64,000 bases of DNA from Leucoraja ocellata. Its lineage: Eukaryota. The stretch spans positions 7,564,001 through 7,628,000 of the forward strand of contig JAWMAR010000023.1 in the NCBI GenBank assembly GCA_036785375.1, read 5' to 3'. Position 1 is the stretch's first letter; each line of letters begins with the position of its first letter. The position numbers were made by a program, and so were the translations under genes. Below the pieces are notes generated by a model, which had not been told where the DNA came from, made no database searches, and worked only from the letters and a program-made list of their open reading frames with translations. Of this stretch, positions 36,840-49,039 are shown in pieces.

Positions 36840-37038
36840 CAGAAATCAGAACTGCCCCCTCCATCGACTCCTTTAAGTCAAGACTTATCTATACTCACAA
36901 GCCTTTCCTGGCGTCCACTGAGCGAGGGCTATATGTATGTAGTTTGTTTGTTTATACTATTCTTATAACAAATGTAAAGCACTTTGGTCAACAAGAGTTG
37001 TTTTTTAAATGTGCTATGTAAATAAATGTGACTTGACA
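36840..37038 (+). mobile_element. L2 LINE 3' end
   Basis: IRTAPSIDSFKSRL; tail tgtaaagcactttg...gtgctatgtaaataaa..gacttgac. Confidence 0.7.
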
Positions 37039-37057
37039 GAAATTACATGAATAAGAA

Positions 37058-37149
37058 GGTAGAAAAAAATGCTAGAGAAACTCAGGGGGTGAAGCAGCAT
37101 CTATGGAGCGAAGGAATAGGTGACTTTTCGGGTCAAGACCCTTCTTCAG
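37058..37149 (-). mobile_element. Single-arm Penelope-like insertion beginning at the hammerhead core, 13-bp TSD
   Basis: TSD acatgaataagaa (37045-37057 / 37150-37162); minus strand ctgaagaagggtcttgacccgaaaagtcacc. Confidence 0.75.
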
Positions 37150-37342
37150 ACATGAATAAGAAATCTGTCTGCTGAAGTATTTAAACAGACTGGTTGAAAT
37201 TGCAATGTATGATTTAACAAAGATTATTTTGCAAATGTGGTCATTAGGCCCAATATTAGTTTTAGTCACTTTCTCAGTTTTTCTTCTGTGGTGGACTCCT
37301 GGGCTTTCCTATTCTATAATTCCATTTTCGTCCTGTTCTTAG

Positions 37343-37516
37343 ATATGATGAAGAGCATAACACAGATGACAAAGTTTTCCTCGATTGTTTCTGTAAAATC
37401 GCTGGAGGAATCAAAAACAATAGCAACGGACATCAACTGAAGGAACTGATCCTGCAGAAGGGAATTACGCAGAATGCTTTGGAATACATCCGGAAGCATA
37501 TTCCAAATGCCAAGAA
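37343..37516 (+). CDS. UBR4: UBR4 exon 28 YDEEHNTDDKVFLDCFCKIAGGIKNNSNGHQLK...HIPNAKN
   Basis: tcttag| acceptor, AA|gtaaga donor. Confidence 0.92.
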
Positions 37517-37542
37517 GTAAGATTCATTTCAACAGCACCCAT

Positions 37543-37890
37543 TGTTTAGGTTTAAATTTGTTATTGTCACATGCATCCTGGTACAGTGTTATCCAAACAG
37601 ATCAGATATACCATACATGGACTCAAGCAGTTCAAACTCAAGTACAATAAACACAGCAACGGGAAAGATGCAGATTATAGTCTCAGCATTGTGGCGCAAC
37701 TGTTTCTTAGACAAAGTCCACTGTCCTTAATGGGGTGGAGGTGAATCGGATGGAAACCTAGATTATGGAAGGACTGTTCAGAAGGCTGAAAATGGAGGGG
37801 AAGAAGCTGTAACTAAGCCTGGTGGTGCACCCTTTGAGGCTGCTGTGCTTTCGGCCAGATGGGAGGGGGGAGAAGAAAATGCCCGTCTTG
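37543..37890 (-). mobile_element. Rex1/Babar-type LINE 3' end
   Basis: FFSPLPSGRKHSSLKGCTTRLSYSFFPSIFSLLN motif. Confidence 0.65.
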
Positions 37891-38453
37891 GGACAATTTT
37901 TTGCCATGTGTTCATACTTTTCCTCAGTAGGAGTTGGACGGAATGTTTTCTCCAGAACTCTAGAGATTAAGGGGGGACCCGAGAGTATGTAAAAAGATGG
38001 AAGGTATAGATAGAGTAGACAGTCAGAACCTGTTTCCCAGGGTGGAAATGTCAATGACTGGAGGGCATGACTTTAACATGAGAGGGGCAAGTCTTTTACA
38101 CCAGTGGTGACGGGTGCCTGGAAGGCGTTGCCAGGGGTAGTGTGGAGGCAGATACGACAGTGTCATGTAAAGAGGCATTTAGGTAGGTACATGGATATGT
38201 AGGGATTGGAGGGATATTGATCACTTGCAGATTAGTTTAGCTTGGCACCATGTTCAGCTGACATTGTGGGCCAAAGGGCCTCTTCCTGTGCTGTACTGTT
38301 CTGTGTTCTATGGAAAATAAGTGGGATCAAAGTTAATAGGTCAGGTGCCGTGAGGCTTTGTATATACGAGGAACAGGATGCAGGTGGAAGAATTGTACAA
38401 CATCTAGAGACCCACTCTTCTCCAGATCTTAACATACTGTTGTCTTTTTACAG

Positions 38454-38553
38454 TCTTGATGCTGATGTGTGGAAGAAGTTCTTGGCAAAACCATCCCTTC
38501 CCTTTATTATTCGCCTGCTGCGAGGACTGGCCATGCAGCACCTCCCCACACAG
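38454..38553 (+). CDS. UBR4: UBR4 exon 29 LDADVWKKFLAKPSLPFIIRLLRGLAMQHLPTQ
   Basis: ttacag| acceptor, CAG|gtacct donor. Confidence 0.92.
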
Positions 38554-40707
38554 GTACCTTTATTTCTCTGTCTTGGGTCCATTTCACCCGTGTTCCTCCT
38601 CACCGCACGCGCTGTTCTGACATCTCGCTCCATTTGGTCAATTGTCTTGAATATTAAGAAACTGAAAATAAGTATTGAGTGGAGAACCACGATTCCTTAA
38701 TCCCGTTAATTTAATTCTTTTTTGGGGATCATTTTCATAAATTCTTAAACATAGCGCTAGAAGGTACAGGGGAAAATAGTAATTTGCAGAAGAAACAGAG
38801 CAGCTAAGGAATGTGCTGTTTGGATTCTAACCCGCTCTCCTCAACTCGTTCAAAGCAAGACATAGAACATTTTCAAATATTTGATCCGGTAATTAAACTG
38901 ATATCACATTGGCTGTGCAAAATGCAACCATAATAGAATTCTCAGCATCATAATAGCAAATGAGTTGTCAAAGAATGTGCAGAATTTCAAATATTTAACC
39001 ATCACCATCTGATGAAAAGATGCATGTGAACAGATCTCATCGACTTATTGCACAGTAGCCAAAGTTACGCTGTGAGATATCACCAATGTCTGCCATGTTT
39101 TTGGGAAGTGGGCAACAATAATACTGTACATATCACGCATTGCATGTTACCCCCAGGCCATTAATTGCATAAGGAAATACGAGTAACACACAGGTGAGAT
39201 AACATGGGCAACAAGTTCTTGTTCTTGGAGGATATCGATCAACTTTGGCATTTTACTTTCATTTTGAAATTTCCCCACAAATTACTAGAATGATGGAATT
39301 TAACTTGTTATGGTGGAATAACCAATTTGGCATAAGGTCCAACTTGGCACCTGGCTTACCTTTACAGGACTCAATCCGTAATTGTGTACAAATAGTCTAA
39401 TAGTCTGAGATCCCTGAGCAGTTGCTGTGAAGTGCTCTGATCAAACCATTGGAGTTATTCTGGTAACCACAAAAATGCATGCAATTCTCATTGCTGAGCA
39501 GGGATGGGTCCCAATTCATGTTGAAACAAGGAACTGCAGATGCAACTTAATACAGAATAGGTCACAAATTGCTGGTGTAGCTCACCAGGGCAGGCAGTAT
39601 TCTTAAGAGTTCTCCAGGGTCTCAATTCCTTCTGTCCAAGGAATAGTCAATAGGAGACTTGAATTTTCAGCCTTTCAATGAGAGATTTAAGGTACAGAGT
39701 ATAACAAGAAATCCAGAACTGTATAAAATATAACTCTGAAATTAGGACATAAGTACAAGGTAGATTCAGACGTAGTGCCAATAAGCACTTCATGTAGTGT
39801 TGGGGTCCATATCTAGAAGACCCTCTTGTGTTGCTGATTGTTGAAGACAAAGCTAGAATAACTCAAGAAGCTACGCGAGGCTGAGAAGAGGATGAAGTAA
39901 GGGGATCCTGACCACGGGTACTGTCTGTGTGTAGTTTGAACATTCTACCTGAGACTGCGTGGGTTTCCTCAGGGTGCTCCAGTTTCCTGCTGGTGCTCCA
40001 GTTTCCTCCCACATCCCAAAGACATGCGGGTTTGTTGGTTAATTAACCTCTGTAAATTGCCCCTAATGTGTAGGGAATGAGGTGGTAGTTGGATCATAGA
40101 ATTAATGTGAGCAGGTGATCAATAGTGGGGGTGGATTCAGTGGGCCAATGGGCCTGCTTCCATGCTGTATCTCTAAATTCATGTTAGGTATTGTGACTGG
40201 GTCACTGCATTTGAGTTTAATAGGTTCTTGCCGGCCTTTTCAATCAATCAATCAATCAGTTTTATTCGTCACATTGCACATAAAGTGCAAGTGAAATGAA
40301 TTTGTCAGCAGCGGTACAATGACACAGTTCATATGATTATTAATTCCTACCAAGGCTGCATTATACACCTTGGTTTTTAATATATGTCGAAATATTTCAA
40401 GTTAAAATGTGAGTCATTCTATCATCCTTGGTTGACGTTTGCATTGTGGTTGTTCTGCGATCCTTGCTGCCGTTCCTCAGTGATTATTTTGCACATGCAT
40501 CCTCGGCAGGATAATGATCAGCCTTTCCTTTCCCTAATATGGTGCGGTTGTGCAGCGGTATCATCATATTAGTGCAAGCCTATAAATTACTTGTGGCAGT
40601 TAATCTTCCAAAGTTAGTTGTGGTAACCATTGTCCTATTCCCTCATCAGTACTAGATGACTTGCATACAACATGTCTTTACTAGATCCTGGTTATTTATG
40701 CATCTTT

Positions 40708-41002
40708 AGTGGCCTGCGGTAAAATTGCTGCCTTACAGCGCCACATCCGGGTTCGATTCTGACCTTGGGTACTGTCTGTATGGAGTTTGCACGTTCTCCA
40801 TGTGACCACTTGCGTTTTTCTGTATACACCGGTTTCCTCCCACATTCCTAAGACTTGCAGGTTTGTAAATTAATTAGCCTCTGCAAAGTGTCCCGAGAGA
40901 GTGTAGGATAGAACTAGTGGACGAGGTGATTGCTGGTTGGCACGGACTCGGTGGGCCGAAGGGCCTGTTTCCATGCTGTCTCTCTAAACCTAAACTAAAC
41001 TA
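40708..41002 (+). mobile_element. HE1/V-SINE-like SINE (another copy at about 39902-40178)
   Basis: gggttcgattc B box; (ctaaa)n tail. Confidence 0.75.
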
Positions 41003-41179
41003 AGCAGTTTGTCCATGTAATTTCTTAGCCTGAGGGAGATATCGCGTAGATGTATGTCTTTCATTTATTAGTGAAACTCTATTGGAATGGGAGAGCGCTG
41101 GAGCCCAGAATTTTCTGACCTTTGTTGCCAGGTTCTCAGAAGTAATCAGTAATTTTTATTTTACATTCTGTATTTTCAG

Positions 41180-41398
41180 ATGTTAATTGGAATGGACTCC
41201 ATCACAAACCTGCATAAATTGGAGCAGGTTTCCAGTGATGAAGGCATTGGAACTCTGGCTGAAAACCTACTGGAGGCACTGCGGGAACACCCAGAGGTCA
41301 ACAGGAAAATTGAAGCAGCACGAAAAGAGACACGAGCAGGAAAGAAACGAATGGCCATGGCTATGCGGCAGAAAGCACTCGGCACACTTGGGATGACG
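41180..41398 (+). CDS. UBR4: UBR4 exon 30 MLIGMDSITNLHKLEQVSSDEGIGTLAENLL...LGTLGMT
   Basis: tttcag| acceptor, ACG|gtaaat donor. Confidence 0.93.
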
Positions 41399-42837
41399 GT
41401 AAATGTGCAGTGTAGTTAAAACAGCACATGGGAAATGGACACTGATAATGCAAACACCATTACTGTCGGCTTCTGTTTAGGAAGTTGTTCGTGTTCTTAC
41501 TCCACTCGCCCAACATGCTCTCATCGTCATTTATTTCCCTTTTCTCATAGTCCAGATATCCTGTTCTTAATTGCTAACATGGGCTTGGCTTCAATCAGTA
41601 ACTAGAGGTATAACTTGAATCTGAGGCTGTGCATTACCGATACAATATCCTATTTTGTGGAGCAAAAATCACATATTACTGAATGTTATGTAAATTCACA
41701 ATTGCATCTCAACATTTTGCATACTTTGGTCCATTAATGTGTTGTATTTTTACATTCCCATACATATGCAGTGCTTGTTTTAGTATCCTATGAGCATATT
41801 TTACACATCTTTCAATTCTTCGGTTTCCCCCTAGATTTGCTCAATTTGACTATTATCACTCTTTTTTTAACTAAAACGTACTACCTTGGAATTCCAGCAG
41901 CTGCATTTTTACTTTCCATCAACATCAAATTAGCGTGCCTTCAATCATTTGCTTGATTTATTTTGTCTCCTATTTTAATTGATTCTGCACTTGCTGCACT
42001 GAGACCACTTGCTGTGATCAAATTATAGATAGGCAGAGTAAGTAAACGTGATCCCACAACTGAACACTGAGCTGCAAGAAAGCAATTGCAGTATTGCCTT
42101 TTTTAACCTCATTTGGGCAAATTGGGCTTGTACTTGAGTGAACTTATTGACGCGCAAAACATTTGCTGAGAATGTGGCAGGGTTCATGCGCAGAGGCTGA
42201 TTTGTTTGTCTTGAATGTCTCGACTTACAAGTTACAGCCTCAGTGTAAAATGTCAACTATTTAGAAGTGAGATGAAGGAAAATATCTGCACCAGGAGATT
42301 TTACCCTCAAGCCCTGTGGAAACTCGCTTATTGAGTTTATATACGTTTAAGTGAGAGTTTTTGCATTATTCTTTGCAGCACAAAATGAATATATGGATGT
42401 GAGGATATGGAAACTCAGCCATTATTTTACTGCAAACCAGCTCCTTTGAGTTTGTAGATGTCAGTTCTTGATCAGTAGGTTGTCGGTTCAAGCCTCGCTA
42501 CAATACATGTGATTCACGCTGACTCCAGTTCAGCATTGTCAGCATTGTTCATTTTCAAATGAGACAGTAATATTTCAGAATGATATGAAGATCCTGCGAT
42601 CCTATTGGAGAGAAGAATTAAATTGGTGTTATGGCCAATATTTATTGCTCAACCAATAAGCACTATAATTAATCCTTGATTTTGTTGATATTTTGCTGTA
42701 AAGTAATACGTTGTCTATCATGTGCTTTGTGACCATCTTGAAAGGTGCTTTATAACTGCAATTTATTTCCTGTTTATTGTTTAAAGCATTTTGAAAGTCT
42801 GTGTACCACCACTGCATGTTTCAAGGAACGTAATCAG

Positions 42838-43145
42838 ATTTAGTTTAGTTGAGTGACAATCGGCCCACAGAATCCACCCCGACTATGATAACCCGTTCAC
42901 ACAGTTTCCATCTTTTCCCACTTTCGCATCCACTCACTGCACACTAGGAGCAATTTGTAGAGGCCGATTAGCCTACAATCCCACACATTTTGGAGAAGTG
43001 TGAGGAAACCCACATGGTCTCAGGGATGATGTACAAACTCCACAGACAGCACCTGAGGGCAGGATCAAACCTGGGTTTCTGGTGCTGTGAGCTCTACCAA
43101 CTCTTAACAGCAGCAGCAGCTCCACCAGCTTCGCCACTGCCGCCC
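42838..43145 (-). mobile_element. HE1/V-SINE-like SINE
   Basis: Same family, diverged. Confidence 0.7.
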
Positions 43146-44416
43146 TTGTCAGACATGATTCTGCTTTCTAAAATTGCCTAATTTTCTGAAAAGTTAGCAA
43201 TTTCTTGGAGAGTATGTCCCCTCCAATAGTGGAACTGAGTTTTAGTTAGCTGGTTAAATAGATTTTAACAGTGTTCACTCTCCAGTCCTCTGGCACACGA
43301 CACATAATTTCTCAGGTAACCACTATTTTCCCCGTGGGATAGACATAGCACAGACCGAAGGGGTCAAATGCTCTCCTTCCAAGCTGTAACCTTTGTTGAT
43401 TTCACTGTGGATCCATGAAGTTGTCCAGTACTTCGTATTAGTTAACGTTTCTAATACTTATTCAAACTCGTTCAAGCAAAATGATGTGGGTCTTTAGCAG
43501 TTTGTTTTTCAAGTGGACAACCTTGGGCAAGTTTTAAACTTTCAACTTTGGTGCAATTTTAAATTGGTAATCTATCAAATGAATACGAAAACAAGCTGTC
43601 ATTAAGCAAATCAATCTAATTTTACATATGCTGAACTGCATGTGCAAAATTCAAGCTCTCCGCTAGTGAGCAATTATTTGAACCTTTGAGTTCCCTTAAA
43701 GCCAAATTGTTGTCATCTGTGCAGTCGTACTCCATTATATGTTCCTGACCAGCACAGCAGATAATTGCTAAATGGCATTGCCCTATAGTTCCAAGTGTTC
43801 CAGCTCACAGCACCTTTCGTGTTGGCACAATGACCCCATTACAGAACGTCGTCTGAAATGTATCAAATTGTGATTTATAGCTGGTGAGATTGGTGCCAGT
43901 TAAATTCAAGTGGGAGTGAAATCCATAATTTCAATCACTCTGACTTGCAAAATAGAAGCTGATGATTTGATTTAAGTCTTTTCATAGGAAAACTGATGAT
44001 TGAAACTGTTCAAAGTGAGTTTGTAGGTTAATTGGCCTCTGTACAATTTGCCTCAAGTGCGTCGGGGGATAGATATGAAAGTGGGATGATATAGAATTAG
44101 TGTGAACAGGTGATCAGAGTGGTCTTGGTGAACCACAGGGCCTGTTTCCATGCTGTACCTCTAAACATGAGTACATTGGATTACTGGATAAACTGGACAG
44201 CAGCTATTAACGACTCTATGGTCCATTCCATGTGAGAAAACAACGTTTATTTGCCTTGATATGATTCACACGTTGCCAAGACCCCCCCCCCAGACTGGAG
44301 CAGATGGTTAGGTCTATGGATATATGCCCTAAGTTGAGCAAGTGAAATTATATTGCAAAGCTTTTACATACCTTATAACCCTGATCATTCTCATGGATTT
44401 GTATCTTGCCCAACAG

Positions 44417-44530
44417 ACCAATGAAAAAGGTCAGGTGGTCACCACAACAACACTACTGAAGCAGATGGAAGAACTGATTGAGGAACCAGGTTTAACCTGT
44501 TGCATTTGCCGTGAAGGTTATAAATTTCAG
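44417..44530 (+). CDS. UBR4: UBR4 exon 31 TNEKGQVV...PGLTCCICREGYKFQ (start of hemiRING)
   Basis: caacag| acceptor, CAG|gtaagt donor. Confidence 0.93.
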
Positions 44531-44628
44531 GTAAGTCAGCTTTGCTGAGAAATGCGTATCTGCAGTATAGTGTCAGTGCGGTGGCCCTGTTCTGCAATCA
44601 CAATCATGGTTCTTTATGTCCATTATAG

Positions 44629-44771
44629 CCAACCAAGGTGTTGGGGATTTACACCTTCACAAAGCGTGTTGCAAATGAAGAGTTTGAGAACAAACCACGG
44701 AAACAACAAGGATACAGTACAGTCTCACATTTTAATATTGTCCACTATGATTGTCATCTTGCTGCAGTCAG
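44629..44771 (+). CDS. UBR4: UBR4 exon 32 [13 protein letters not shown]...[16 protein letters not shown] (hemiRING His/Cys ligands)
   Basis: ttatag| acceptor, AG|gtaaga donor. Confidence 0.93.
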
Positions 44772-45710
44772 GTAAGAGCGACACTTTTTCACTCTTCAAA
44801 CTAAGAAAGGTTATGATGTACATTTTGTAAATCTTCCTCCAATGAGAAGTGAGTTGGCAACTGGAGAGAGATGTGCACCACCAAAAAGATTGTAAACGAA
44901 AGATTGGGATCTTAATTCAGAGTTTGTGGGTGGTCTGGCAATATTGGAAGAAAAATCCATTAAAATATTCAAGGAGAGTGGATAATTTTTTCCAAGCTCC
45001 AGAAGAAGGAACCTGGTAGAATGAGCAGCGGCTGCGGCTGCGGCCTTCATGCAGTGACTTTAAAAATCTTAATCTAGTATTTTGTGTTCCGGCATCTAGA
45101 TCTGCTAAGCACAGCAAATACTTGACTAAATAACAGGGAGATTCCTGTTCCTCCTGTTCAAATTAATAAGCAAATAAATTGATGATCAATATACAGAAAT
45201 CAGCCACGCAATTAATGATGAAAAAGGGTCTTCTCATAAATATTCAGATTCTGTTTTATATTCATTGGTAAAGCTATATTTACTAATGTCTGGAAAAAAT
45301 ATTGTTCTGTCTTATGAAAGGTTCTGGCTATAATTATGTGGTTTTATATTTAATTGGGAAATAGGTTCCCATGTTACATAGGTGGAATGGAATCAGGCCT
45401 GCGAATCTTTTGCAATTAGGTGGCTCCTTTAAAGACATTGTTTATTTGTTCCCTGGGAAAAATAACTCAAAATTAATTGTGAGTGCAAACTCCTGAAACC
45501 AGTTTTCGGAGGACTAGTAATTAAACCACTGATTCCACTTTTTAAAATGATTTTTTTACAATTATCACAAAGTGTAATGGGTACATTTTATTTCTAATAT
45601 TTACTAGAGTTATTGCATTCACTGGTGGGATTTTCTATCTCAGTAAAAATGATTTTAGTAATTTATGATGAATATTGATCATGTAGATTTTTGTGAATTA
45701 ATTTCCACAG

Positions 45711-45836
45711 GTTGGCACGAGGGCGTGAGGAGTGGGAGAGTGCTGCGTTACAGAATGCAAACACCAAGTGTAATGGATTGCTGCCTGTGTGGGGTCCACA
45801 TGTGCCAGAATCGGCATTTGCTACGTGTTTGGCAAG
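45711..45836 (+). CDS. UBR4: UBR4 exon 33 [29 protein letters not shown]...TCLAR
   Basis: ccacag| acceptor, AG|gtaaga donor. Confidence 0.93.
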
Positions 45837-46217
45837 GTAAGACTATGAGGGTCTTCAATGTGAAATATATTCTGGAATTAGATGGGAGTGTGATTAAAAT
45901 TAGGAATCAAAGGAAAGAGTATCTCACGTTGGAAAATGGTGATAGCAGTGGATATGGGGAGAAGGCAGGGAAGGGGTACAGATTGTGGATGATCAGCCAT
46001 GATCACATTGAATGGCGGTGCTGGCTCGAAGGGCTGAATGGCCTACTCTTGCACCTATTGTCTATTGTGATGAAGCTTATGAAAAAATGCAGAAATTCAT
46101 AAAAGCTTGAAAGACGAATAACATATGCAGTTCTATTTAGAACAAATGCAAATTATTTGTTTTAAAAAAATATGCAGAATGTACATTAAAAAATAGCCTT
46201 TAGCAGGATAACTTTTT

Positions 46218-46220
<3 letters not shown>

Positions 46221-46303
<83 letters not shown>
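46221..46303. repeat. (AC)n microsatellite, about 41 units
   Basis: Perfect dinucleotide run. Confidence 0.97.
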
Positions 46304-46307
<4 letters not shown>

Positions 46308-46504
46308 TAACAGATTTAAGTCTTCACACAGCAAAGTGGGATACTCTGCAAGAAACCTTATCTTGACGAAGACTTGAAGCTCATTAAAAAGTCCAGTGAC
46401 TTGCTTCTGTGCTATAACCACCTCAAATTAATTAAGGTGTTTGAGGTGGCAAATACATTTCTGTATGGTGTACTAAATTTTAATTACCTTGTTTCTGATT
46501 CCAG

Positions 46505-46699
46505 ACACAACACATATTTACAAGAGTGCACAGGCCAGCGTGAACCCACCTACCAGCTTAATGTTCATGATATTAAACTACTCTTCCTACGTTTTGCAAT
46601 GGAACAGTCATTTAGTGTTGATACTGGTGGAGGGGGCAGAGAGAGCAACATCCATCTAGTCCCTTACATAATGCACACAGTTCTCTACGTTCTTAATAC
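46505..46699 (+). CDS. UBR4: UBR4 exon 34 HNTYLQECTGQREP...DTGGGGRESNIHLVPY...YVLNT
   Basis: ttccag| acceptor, AC|gtaagt donor. Confidence 0.93.
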
Positions 46700-46776
46700 G
46701 TAAGTACAGCAAAACCTCCATTGAATTGCCACCATTTTGTAATGATGTATATTGACATTGGACAATTAAATCACAG

Positions 46777-47001
46777 GACACGGGCCACATCCCGAGAAGA
46801 AAAGAATCTACAAAGTTTTTTGGAACAGCCAAAGGAGAAATGGGTTGAAAGTGCTTACGAGGTGGATGGAGTGCACTATTTCACAGTCTTGGCACTGCAT
46901 GTTTTTCCACCTGAGAAATGGAAAACTATTCGTGTTGATTTTCTCAAACGTCTCCTCGTCACTGCCCAAGCAAGGAAAGCATCACCAAGTGGCTCCACCA
47001 A
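46777..47001 (+). CDS. UBR4: UBR4 exon 35 TRATSREEKNLQSFLEQ...SPSGSTK
   Basis: tcacag| acceptor after a 77-nt intron, AA|gtaaga donor. Confidence 0.91.
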
Positions 47002-47529
47002 GTAAGAGCATCAATATAGTCACTAGAGTTTGTGCTTTTATGATCAACAATTATTTTATCGCGGATCTCATCAAAGTGGAAAGGTGCGATTTGAGAATGC
47101 ATTTCAATCCTGTGCAAGGACAAGGAAAAAGTCCTTCTTCACCATATCCCGATCCCTTTAACTTCCAGCATTGCACTGAATTGTGTTTTAAATATTTACT
47201 TTTATTTGATCTATACTTTCACAGGTCCAGGTAATAAGTTGAACCGGTGATTTATGAAGATTTTGAAATCAAAAAATGGCTTGCTAGAAATGTTAAATTA
47301 AAACAATGTTGGAAGCACTTAGCAGGTCAGGTAGTATCTGTGGAAAGAAAAACGATTTTTTAGGGCTAAGGCTGTTTTAAAGTCTCACATAATTCTTCTA
47401 TGTATATTCAATTGTTTCCAAAGATTAGGGGATACTTCTTATTGTCGTTCACTCTACTCTTCCCTCTAGCACAAAAATGTCTTTGAACTTTGCAAATGAT
47501 CTTGTATTAAGTAAATATCCTGTTTTCAG

Positions 47530-47620
47530 ATTGTCAGACAAGTCTGTGAAGGAATACTCTGTGTACCGGCCTGCTCTACTCTGCTGGGGATTAGTGGACC
47601 TGATTTATGGCATTTTCAAG
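47530..47620 (+). CDS. UBR4: UBR4 exon 36 LSDKSVKEYSVYRPALLCWGLVDLIYGIFK
   Basis: tttcag| acceptor, AAG|gtatga donor. Confidence 0.91.
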
Positions 47621-48029
47621 GTATGACACTTGTTTGTGCAGGCACCAGACACAAGTTGGCCTGAACTGTTCTGCATGGAGCTGAATTTGATGGAACTTTA
47701 ACAATTACCTATTTTCCAGGAATAATGAGTTAATAAGATTTTTATAACTTTCTGTAATGAAAATAAAATTAGTTCACAGTTTTAACTCCAAATTGGAAAT
47801 TCAGTTCATGCCATCTGAGTGAAACAATAGAAGGTGGGATGAATATTTCTTGATGGGATTATAACTCCTAGTCAAAATATATCGAACATTTATTGATACC
47901 TGATTTTTGTTTCTCTATGAAATTGTAAACTTTGTGTGTTCTGCGTCATTATTAATAAGTAACATTGATAACATTTATATTTAATTGTAAAGTTGTGTTT
48001 TTTAATCAATTTATATTTTACCGCAACAG

Positions 48030-48192
48030 AAGGTTCCAACGAGTAACACGGAGGGTGGCTGGTCCTACTCTCTTGCCGAATATATTCGACACAACGATAT
48101 GCCGATTTACGAGACAACAGACAGATCGCTCAAAACTTTCCAGGATGAATTCATGACTGCTGAATCCTTTGCTGAATTCCTCGACGCTGCAG
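48030..48192 (+). CDS. UBR4: UBR4 exon 37 KVPTSNTEGGWSYSLAEYIRHNDMPIY...EFLDAA
   Basis: caacag|AAG tandem acceptor, G|gttagt donor. Confidence 0.92.
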
Positions 48193-48638
48193 GTTAGTAT
48201 TCAGAAAAAATTTGGATTTATTTGATTTTGAATTTCCATTTATTTATTTCCTCCACTTCAACATAAGACTAATGCAAACTATGATTAATGTCTGATATCT
48301 ATCACAAAATGTGTCTTCACAACTAGAGATCAACAATAGTGCATTATTCCAATGGATTATGGACTTCATAGAGTTAAATATACGAATCTTAATTTTACTT
48401 TAAGATTCCCATTCCTGTCAGAATTAGACTGGATGAAATTGTATTGTAGGTATCCAATGCATCTCTAAAACAATTAATTGAAAGGTCTGGCTATTTCTGT
48501 CTTGGTTCTCAGGATACTTGTTTTTGTACACCCCAATTACCACCCTTAAATGTTGTTTAGATATAGTGGTGTTTTTCACTTGGCAAATCCCATGGTGGCC
48601 ACTTAATCAAAGATTTATATTGTGTTCATTTTCTTCAG

Positions 48639-48703
48639 GTCTCTTAACAGAAATTGAAGATCCTGACAACTTCCTGAAAGACCTTCTTAACTCTATTCCC
48701 TAA
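48639..48703 (+). CDS. UBR4: UBR4 terminal coding exon GLLTEIEDPDNFLKDLLNSIP*
   Basis: cttcag| acceptor; TAA at 48701-48703; matches the UBR4 C-terminus. Confidence 0.92.
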
Positions 48704-49033
48704 AATGTTCCAAGTTCATCTGCTCAGAAACAAAGCAAATATTTAACTATACTTTTAGATATACTGTGTTTGCATTTTTACTCCTTCAAAACAATTGAAA
48801 TTAATTTTTGGCTCAGTTCTTCAGCGATGCTTATTTCGTTAATTGCTTTTTCTGTGTGAGCATTCTGAGTTTAAGATTTTAACATACATGTACAAAGGAA
48901 TACTCATTTAACCTGAGTGAATGCATGATGTACAATTAGTTTAAATTCCTGTTTTGTTGTTGTATCCAGTACTTCACTGTAACAAACCACTTATTTAAAT
49001 GTTATGCTAAAAGTCTGGTTCATTATTACATCC

Positions 49034-49039
49034 AATAAA
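49034..49039 (+). terminator. Probable UBR4 polyadenylation signal (3' UTR about 350 nt)
   Basis: First AATAAA after the stop, followed by a T-rich tract. Confidence 0.65.

Larger units (their letters stand above)
414..48703 (+). other. UBR4: UBR4 gene, 3' part (38 coding exons; 5' part lies upstream of the window)
   Basis: Exons joined at GT-AG sites give a continuous frame of about 1800 aa with recognisable vertebrate UBR4 peptides ([75 protein letters not shown]). Exon phases are mutually consistent. Confidence 0.97.

Noticed and set aside
16160-40010. Short local tandem duplications (about 16160-16205, 16668-16700, 23405-23430, 39973-40007)
   Set aside because: Ordinary slippage duplications, mostly inside decayed repeats, with no sign of function.
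414-48703. U12-type or non-canonical introns
   Set aside because: All 37 introns read GT-AG and none has the GTATCCT donor.
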